A DNA stretch of 64,000 nt from positions 23,711 through 87,710 of the forward strand of contig CBHYLN010000002.1 in the NCBI GenBank assembly GCA_966128725.1. The letters are read 5' to 3'. Positions within the stretch are counted from its first letter, which is position 1. Each line of letters opens with the position of its first letter. This stretch comes from an uncultured bacterium. GTDB taxonomy: Bacteria > Bacteroidota > Ignavibacteria > OLB7. This document shows positions 57,757-64,000 of the stretch, in pieces. A program made the translations under genes and the position numbers. Under the pieces are notes generated by a model that ran no database searches, was not told the DNA's origin, and saw only the letters and a list, made by a program, of their open reading frames with translations.

Positions 57757-59499
57757 TCAGCGTTTGGATGTGCGGAGCTGCGCTGTACCGTTACTGCTGT
57801 TGCGTTCGTATACGGCAAGCCGCAGGCTGGTGTTGTGGGGCAGAAAGCGCACGGGCAATTCCGTGCGCCGGTATGAGTGCGTCAACATCGTGTCGACCCC
57901 GGGCAATGCAGTAAGGGCGTTCTCCGAAGTCAGCGTTGAGCCTGTGATTCCCGAAAGGCTGTCGCCGAGGTCGGCGACAATGAACGCCGGCCGTGTTGAT
58001 AGAAGGTGAGTCTGTACCAGCCGGCGCCATTCGACAGGTGCAAACGGTGCAATTATGAATGCCGAGTGGTAGATCGGAATCACGGGCACGTTCCGGTTAT
58101 ACAGGTACAGCATACCCGCCTGGCTGGAAAGCACGAACAGGTCGGAATCGTTCCTTGCTTTCCATAGTCGGTTGAATCCGCCGAACATTCCGGTTGGGTA
58201 TACCACTCGCTTATTGTCCTCAACGTCGATGTGGTCCGGGTCCTGAAGGATGTCCAGACGTTCGTAAACCATCATCAGCGTATGCCAGGTGTAGCCAGGC
58301 AACGGACCAAACAACAGGGCGCATGCCAGCAGCAGTGGCGCCAGCAGGCGCGTGTAACCGTGCCACACATGGTGCCGTGCCAGCCATGCGAGGGTGTGGG
58401 TAATGCCAGCCGCCGCCAGTATCGCGCCAAACGGCATGATGCGGATGAAGTGATACGACGGATACTTGCCTTCGATTACAACCGTGGCAATCATGGCCAG
58501 GAATGCCATGGTACAGAAACGCATCAGCTCGTTCAGTGGAGAGGTTTGTGTACGTACGTCCGTTGGGGGCTCGATAGGCCCTGTATGTGGTGCTGATGGC
58601 CACCAGCCAAGCGCTGCGATAATTGCCGTGCATGTTGGCAGCAGAAGAACAAGGGTGTAGTCCTGTGCCAGATGCTGCGGCAGAAGAGTTGCCAGATTGC
58701 GCGCCCATGTGGTGGGCGAGGCAAGTTCGATTGCACCGTAGGCCCGTGTGAACTCCATCACCTGCGCGAACTGATGCCATGCGTTCCCAAGCGTGATATA
58801 GGCTGCAAGCAACGCCACCGCAATCGAGAATCCACCAACCAGGCCAAGCAGGCTGGCAAGTCGGCGTGATCGGGTAACGTCATGACGAAGCGCGATAACA
58901 AGTGCCGCAACCGGCAGGAGCCCGGCAAGCGTGAACTTCATCAACATCAGCGCGCCAATCGCCAGCCCGGCGATGATGGCGGCGCGCGGTGATCGCTGTT
59001 TCAGGATACACCAGGCGGTGATAGTGCCAAACAAACCGGTGAAGGCCTCCGACTGCGCCAGGTCGCCGAAACCCTGCGAGTAGTACAGGGCAGTGTAGAG
59101 GAATGCGGCCAACGCCGCTGTAAAATCACCGGCGCCCAGATGGCGAAGAAGCCGAACGATCAGCAGGCACGTCATGGCCTGAACTATCAAATCAAGAAGC
59201 CGGATATCGGCGCCATTCCACTGAAGGAGTCCGGCCAGTGCATACAGATGATAGATAAGCGGCGGTTTGATGTCGATGATGTCGCGGTACATGACCGCAC
59301 CGTTCAGGATGCGCTGTCCGCTTACGTAGAACAGTGATTGATCGTGCCCCAGCGGCAGCATTAACGACGGCAGTGCCACAAGCAACAACGCCCCTCCGAC
59401 CAACCACCATGCGCGTCTCGACAGCCGGTGTTCTTCCGGCCGTGTATCGAACAGGCGAAGAAGGCGCGGTTGTTTGTTGTGCGGCCGTTGGTTGTTCAT
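57757..59499 (-). CDS. Integral-membrane glycosyltransferase, family 39 (ArnT/PMT-like)
   Basis: ATG at 59499 (MNNQRPHNKQ...). Multiple TM helices with a periplasmic loop motif typical of GT-C enzymes. Confidence 0.6.
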   Translation of the reverse strand: MNNQRPHNKQPRLLRLFDTRPEEHRLSRRAWWLVGGALLLVALPSLMLPLGHDQSLFYVSGQRILNGAVMYRDIIDIKPPLIYHLYALAGLLQWNGADIRLLDLIVQAMTCLLIVRLLRHLGAGDFTAALAAFLYTALYYSQGFGDLAQSEAFTGLFGTITAWCILKQRSPRAAIIAGLAIGALMLMKFTLAGLLPVAALVIALRHDVTRSRRLASLLGLVGGFSIAVALLAAYITLGNAWHQFAQVMEFTRAYGAIELASPTTWARNLATLLPQHLAQDYTLVLLLPTCTAIIAALGWWPSAPHTGPIEPPTDVRTQTSPLNELMRFCTMAFLAMIATVVIEGKYPSYHFIRIMPFGAILAAAGITHTLAWLARHHVWHGYTRLLAPLLLACALLFGPLPGYTWHTLMMVYERLDILQDPDHIDVEDNKRVVYPTGMFGGFNRLWKARNDSDLFVLSSQAGMLYLYNRNVPVIPIYHSAFIIAPFAPVEWRRLVQTHLLSTRPAFIVADLGDSLSGITGSTLTSENALTALPGVDTMLTHSYRRTELPVRFLPHNTSLRLAVYERNSSNGTAQLRTSKR

Positions 59500-59692
59500 G
59501 TAGGCAGAGTGTCGATGAAAGCCCGTGCGGCGTGTCCGATGCGATGCGCGAGGAATATACTTCGGCGATGATGCCAATGCGAGTGCCGCGTTTGCGCAGC
59601 CATGATATGCGAAGCGCCCTAACTGATCTCCAGCCAGGGCGCTCCGTATCAATACCAGAACATGAATGTGACAACGGCATGGGCCGCCTGGA

Positions 59693-60814
59693 TCAGCGAG
59701 CCTCGATCGGCGAGTACTTCTGATCCACCTTGCCTGTATAGTCCGCTGCCGGACGGATCAGGCGGTTATCAAGCTGCTGCTCGATGATGTGCGCTGTCCA
59801 GCCGCTCATACGGCTCATGGCGAAGATCGGCGTGAACAGGTCGATCGGAATCCCCATCACATAGTATGCCGATGCGGAATAGAAGTCCACGTTCGGATAC
59901 AGTCCCTTCTGCTCCAGCACGGTTTGCTCGATGGTGCGCGACATGTCGTACCACTGGCGCTGGCCTGCCTCGGTGCACAATTGCTCGGAGAACCGACGCA
60001 GATGTGTGGCGCGCGGGTCTTCGGTCTTGTACACACGATGGCCGAAGCCCATGATCTTACGCTTGCTGGCAAGTGCGTCGGTGATCCACTGCTGCACCTG
60101 TGCCGGGTCGCCGATCTCCAGGAGCATCTTCATCACCTGCTCGTTGGCACCACCGTGCAACGGACCCTTCAACGCGCCGATGGCGCCTACAACCGCCGAG
60201 TACATGTCCGACAATGTTGCGGCGATCACGCGGGCCGTGAACGTGGAAGCATTGAACTCGTGATCGGCATGCAGGATCAGCGCGGTGTCGAACATCTTCA
60301 CATGCTCGGCGGATGCCTCAGTACCCAGCAACATCCAGAGGAAGTTTGCCGCGATCGAAAGCTCCGGCTTGGGCATGTGGATATCGGCACCGGTGCGGAT
60401 GCGGTGCAACAGCGCCACAACAATCGGCGTCTTGGCAAGAAGCCGGATCGCCTTGCGATAGTTTGCCTCGCGGCTGTTGTCGTTACGATCAGGATCGAAG
60501 AACGACAACGAACTCGTGATTCCACGAAGGGCCTCCATGCCGCTCACGTCCGACGGAAGCGACATCATCTGCCCGACGATCTGGCGTGGGAGATGTGCTT
60601 CGGCACGAAGCTGCGCGACGAATTCGTCCAACTGCGACTGCGTCGGCAGGTCGCCGTTCAGCAGCAGATAGGCAACTTCCTCGAAGCTTCCCTGTACCAG
60701 TTCGTGGATATCGTAACCGCGGTAGATCAGCCTACCTTCCCGGCCGTCGATGAAGCAGATCGCCGACTCACCGGCGATGACATCTTCAAGGCCCTTCTTT
60801 TGTACCTCAGCCAT
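59693..60814 (-). CDS. gltA: Citrate synthase (373 aa type)
   Basis: ATG at 60814 gives MAEVQKKGLEDVIAG...; GFGHRVYKTEDPRA signature. Confidence 0.9.
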   Translation of the reverse strand: MAEVQKKGLEDVIAGESAICFIDGREGRLIYRGYDIHELVQGSFEEVAYLLLNGDLPTQSQLDEFVAQLRAEAHLPRQIVGQMMSLPSDVSGMEALRGITSSLSFFDPDRNDNSREANYRKAIRLLAKTPIVVALLHRIRTGADIHMPKPELSIAANFLWMLLGTEASAEHVKMFDTALILHADHEFNASTFTARVIAATLSDMYSAVVGAIGALKGPLHGGANEQVMKMLLEIGDPAQVQQWITDALASKRKIMGFGHRVYKTEDPRATHLRRFSEQLCTEAGQRQWYDMSRTIEQTVLEQKGLYPNVDFYSASAYYVMGIPIDLFTPIFAMSRMSGWTAHIIEQQLDNRLIRPAADYTGKVDQKYSPIEAR

Positions 60815-61088
60815 AGCGACTTGTTGTTGGCGTTTTATGAGTGAACGAATGCAAAAATCATGCGAAGATAGGAAAACTCTGCGAGTTGCTGCGCCGTTGA
60901 AATGCCGGTTGTCGACCCGAAAAACAACGAGGGGCGTTCGATCCCTTCGATGTATGCGGTAACCACGGCCTGATGCCGAGCGGTGCCGTCCTGTGGCCAA
61001 TTTGTGAACATCTGCATCAGGGCTGGCGGGCATGCCGAATTGCGCCCGGCGCCGTGTTCATCCCTGGCGTTTGCGTATACTTCGTGCA

Positions 61089-62324
61089 ATGCGCTTCCGA
61101 CAGTATACTCTCCTGATCGCACGCCGCTACCTTGCGCCCAGTCGCCGCAACCGGTTCGTGAACTTCATCACGGCGATCGCGGTGCTTGGGGTAATGTTCG
61201 GCGTTTCGGCACTGCTGATTTCGATGGCCATCCTCGACGGCTTCGATCAAACGCTGCGTGCCAACATGGTTTCCTTCCTTGGGCACATCGAGGTAACATC
61301 ATTCGGGGGGCGCCCGCTTACCGGGTATCAACGGATGATCGAAACCCTGCCGCGCAAGGTAACGTCGGTGGCGGCGGTAAGCCCGTACGCCTCGCGTGAG
61401 GCGATTATCCGCTCGCGGGCTACACTGGAGGGGGTGCTGCTGAAGGGGGTGCTGCCGGCGAACGACGTTTCGGCGATACGTTCGAAGATCATTGCCGGCG
61501 CCTACAATCTTCCCGAGCCCTCGGATTCCGGTTTGCCGACCATCATCATCGGCGAACGCCTTGCCCAGAAGCTCCGGGTGGCGCTTGGCGACAGCGTTGT
61601 GGTGTTTGCGCCGAACGGTCCGCCCACGCCCGAGAATCCGCCGGCGATCGAGCAGTTCGTGATCGGCGGCATCTACCGGACCGGGATGGCCCAGTTCGAC
61701 GACATCTACACCTATACGTCGCTTGGGGTTGCCCGGCGGTTGTTCGAGCTGCCCGGCGACCAGGTGACAGGGTATGATATCGTGGTGCGCGATGTGGCCA
61801 ATGTGGAGGAAACCGCCCGCCAGCTCGACACGGCCATGGGATTCCCGCACTATCCGCGCACCGTGTACGACATCTATCAATCAATCTTTGCCTGGCTCGA
61901 TCTCCAGCGCGCGCCGATTCCGATAGTGCTTGGCCTTATCACAATCGTGGCCGTGTTTAACGTGGCTTCCACGCTGTTGATGGTGGTGCTCGAGAAAACC
62001 GAGTCGATCGGCGTGCTGGCCACGCTGGGCTCGCGGCCCGGCGGTGTGATGGGGGTGTTCGTGGGCCAGGGGTTGCTGATCGGCATTACAGGCACTGCCC
62101 TTGGGGTGGTGCTTTCGCTGGGGTTCACGCTGGCACAGACGGAGTTCAAGTTTCTCCGACTGGATCCGTTGATCTACTTCATCGACGCCGTGCCCGTGGT
62201 GTTTGTCGGGTGGCATTACGCCCTGGTGGTTTCGGTGTCGCTTGTTCTGTGCATCGTTTCCACAGTGCTGCCTGCGTGGATCGCCTCCACGGTGAGCCCC
62301 GTAACGGCGCTTCGTTTTCGTTGA
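61089..62324 (+). CDS. FtsX-family ABC transporter permease, LolC/LolE-like
   Basis: ATG at 61089 gives MRFRQYTLLIARRYL...; MacB-like periplasmic domain plus four TM helices. Confidence 0.8.
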   Translation: MRFRQYTLLIARRYLAPSRRNRFVNFITAIAVLGVMFGVSALLISMAILDGFDQTLRANMVSFLGHIEVTSFGGRPLTGYQRMIETLPRKVTSVAAVSPYASREAIIRSRATLEGVLLKGVLPANDVSAIRSKIIAGAYNLPEPSDSGLPTIIIGERLAQKLRVALGDSVVVFAPNGPPTPENPPAIEQFVIGGIYRTGMAQFDDIYTYTSLGVARRLFELPGDQVTGYDIVVRDVANVEETARQLDTAMGFPHYPRTVYDIYQSIFAWLDLQRAPIPIVLGLITIVAVFNVASTLLMVVLEKTESIGVLATLGSRPGGVMGVFVGQGLLIGITGTALGVVLSLGFTLAQTEFKFLRLDPLIYFIDAVPVVFVGWHYALVVSVSLVLCIVSTVLPAWIASTVSPVTALRFR

Positions 62325-62419
62325 CCCACCCGTATGCCATGCACAGCCGGCACCAGCCGTGTGCCGGGCTCATCGTCCATAAATCCTCTACGGCCCTTTG
62401 GCCGTGATCGCAGCGAACG

Positions 62420-64000
62420 TTGGCCGGAATTCCCGAAGAGATCGTTGAACGCGTAAAGAACGAGGCGAACATCGTTGATGTTGTCTCGGACTACGTGCGG
62501 TTGCGCCGTGCCGGCAAAAACTGGCTGGGCCTGTGCCCGTTCCACGACGATACGAAGCCGTCGTTCCACGTGGAGCCGGTGCGCGGGATCTTCAAGTGTT
62601 TTGCGTGTGGCAAGGGCGGCAACGTGTTCACGTTCCTGATGGAGCTGAACGGCTGGACCTTCCCGGAAACGGTGCGCAACCTTGCCGGCACCCTGGGCAT
62701 CGAGATTCCGGAGGAGGAGCGCGATCGCCAGGGGTTCAGCGAAAACGAACGCCTGGCCTCGGCCGTGCGGGATGCCTCGGAGTTCTTTCAACGCACACTG
62801 AAATCCGATGCTGGGGCCGCCGCGGTAACCTACTTCCGCAAGCGCGGCCTGACCGACGAAACCATCGCCAAGTTCCACCTTGGGTATGCTCCCGATGCGT
62901 GGGACGAGTTGTTGAAGCATCTGAGCCGTTCAGGGTACTCCTCCGACGAACTTGAACGTTCCGGCCTGGTGATTCGTCGTGAAGGTCGTTCGGGCCATTA
63001 CGACAGGTTCCGCGATCGCACCACGTATCCCATCTTCGCCGCCACCGGGCGTATCCTGGGCTTCGGCGCCCGGCGTATGAACGAGGACCCCGATCAGCCG
63101 AAGTACATCAATTCGCCCGACTCGCCCATCTATCACAAGAGCCGTGTGTTGTACGGCCTGTTCCAGGCCCGCGACGCCATTCGGCGAGCCGGCACCGCGC
63201 TGATGGTGGAAGGGTATCTGGATGTGATCTCGCTGCACCAGGCCGGTGTGGAAACGGCGATCGCCACGTGCGGAACCGCGATCGCGCCCGAGCATGCCGA
63301 GCTGGTTGCCCGTTACTGTTCGCGTGTTGTGCTCGTGTTCGACAGCGACCGCGCCGGGCAGAATGCCACCGAGCGCGGCATCGACGTGCTTCTGCGCAAG
63401 GGGCTGGATGTATCGGTGCTGCGTCTTCCCGATGGCGAGGACCCCGATACGTTCGTTCAACGCTTTGGCGCCAAGGAGTTCGAGGGGCGCGTGGAGCGCA
63501 GCGTTTCGTTTCTGGAGTTCCGGGCTCGCATGTTGAAGAACTCCGGCGACTTCGATGCGCCTGAGCGTGCTGCCGAGGCGGTCCGTTCGATTGTGTCCAC
63601 GATCGCGCTGGTTCCGGACGCGCTGAAGCGCGAGCTGTACGTGCAGAAGATCGCCGGCGACTATCATCTGTCCGAAACGCTGCTTGCCAATGAACTGGCC
63701 CGCGCGTTGGGGGCCAAGACGAGCGGGCGACGTCGCGAGCTGTTACCACGCGATCGTCCGCAACAGCCGGAAGGCTCCGTACCGCTTCCGCCCGAGCCCT
63801 ATGCTGCGCCGCCCGAGATTGACGGATCGGCCGTGCAGCTTGTGCGCCGGCGTCCGCTGGTACGTGCCGAGCTGCCCGCCGACGAGATGCAGTTGTTGGC
63901 CGTGCTGCTCGAGGGCGATCCGCAGATGCTGGAGCACGTGTTCGCTCGCATCGATCCGCAGGACTTTTCCCATCCCTTGATTCGTGAGCTGGTGGAGCTT
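62420..64000 (+). CDS. dnaG: DNA primase DnaG (5' part; runs off the window end)
   Basis: TTG at 62420 is the first start after an in-frame stop: (M)AGIPEEIVERVKNEANIVDVVSDYVRLRRAGKNWLGLCPFHDDTKPSFHVEPVRGIFKCFACGKGGNVFTF (CHC2 zinc finger), then a TOPRIM region (EGYLDVISLHQAG). Not in the ORF track because it has no stop. Confidence 0.85.
   Translation, partial: MAGIPEEIVERVKNEANIVDVVSDYVRLRRAGKNWLGLCPFHDDTKPSFHVEPVRGIFKCFACGKGGNVFTFLMELNGWTFPETVRNLAGTLGIEIPEEERDRQGFSENERLASAVRDASEFFQRTLKSDAGAAAVTYFRKRGLTDETIAKFHLGYAPDAWDELLKHLSRSGYSSDELERSGLVIRREGRSGHYDRFRDRTTYPIFAATGRILGFGARRMNEDPDQPKYINSPDSPIYHKSRVLYGLFQARDAIRRAGTALMVEGYLDVISLHQAGVETAIATCGTAIAPEHAELVARYCSRVVLVFDSDRAGQNATERGIDVLLRKGLDVSVLRLPDGEDPDTFVQRFGAKEFEGRVERSVSFLEFRARMLKNSGDFDAPERAAEAVRSIVSTIALVPDALKRELYVQKIAGDYHLSETLLANELARALGAKTSGRRRELLPRDRPQQPEGSVPLPPEPYAAPPEIDGSAVQLVRRRPLVRAELPADEMQLLAVLLEGDPQMLEHVFARIDPQDFSHPLIRELVEL

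Overview
64 kb of high-GC (~65%) bacterial chromosome, gene-dense on both strands. T9SS-type C-terminal sorting domains on three proteins and a SusC-like TonB-dependent receptor with a carboxypeptidase-regulatory N-domain suggest the Bacteroidota/Rhodothermota (FCB) group; this is inference from the sequence only. Left edge: a ParA-like ATPase, a Schlafen-like/HATPase_c_4 ATP-binding regulator and a tRNA-Val, which looks like the boundary of an integrated element. Then housekeeping and accessory genes: isochorismatase, TlpA-like oxidoreductase, a MetH homocysteine+pterin half with no B12 module, PhoD-like phosphatase with T9SS CTD, CrtI-family oxidoreductase, Cys-rich T9SS cargo, two beta-barrel OMPs, family III CoA-transferase, methylmalonyl-CoA mutase large subunit, tryptophan 2,3-dioxygenase, SIMPL, UbiA-family transferase, J-domain protein, SDR. 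The central ~12 kb (26.0-38.1 kb) is a metal-homeostasis island: a periplasmic HMA protein, a TonB-dependent receptor, two divergent unannotatable Cys-rich small proteins, then czcC, a His-motif membrane protein, czcB, czcA, copZ and a His/Met-rich lipoprotein, closed by a clear intrinsic terminator. Next come an orphan T9SS C-terminal-domain ORF beside an AT-rich block, a secreted C39-like peptidase, HIBADH, Crp/Fnr and NADAR genes. An ECF sigma / anti-sigma / double-OmpA protein operon sits just upstream of a 1932-aa T9SS-secreted giant protein with a Gly-rich repeat region and six Ig-like (choice-of-anchor-D/ASH-like) repeats. The right end holds core genes: GT9, MBL hydrolase, NUDIX, parA-parB, thioesterase, GT39, citrate synthase, lolC/E-like permease and a 3'-truncated dnaG. 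Most other long ORFs in the six-frame track are antisense artefacts of the high GC content. The most interesting candidates are the Cys-rich protein pair and accessory proteins of the metal island, the sigma/anti-sigma/OmpA/giant-adhesin locus, a ~940-nt structured noncoding region with a consensus sigma70 promoter upstream of the mutase gene, and the orphan CTD remnant.
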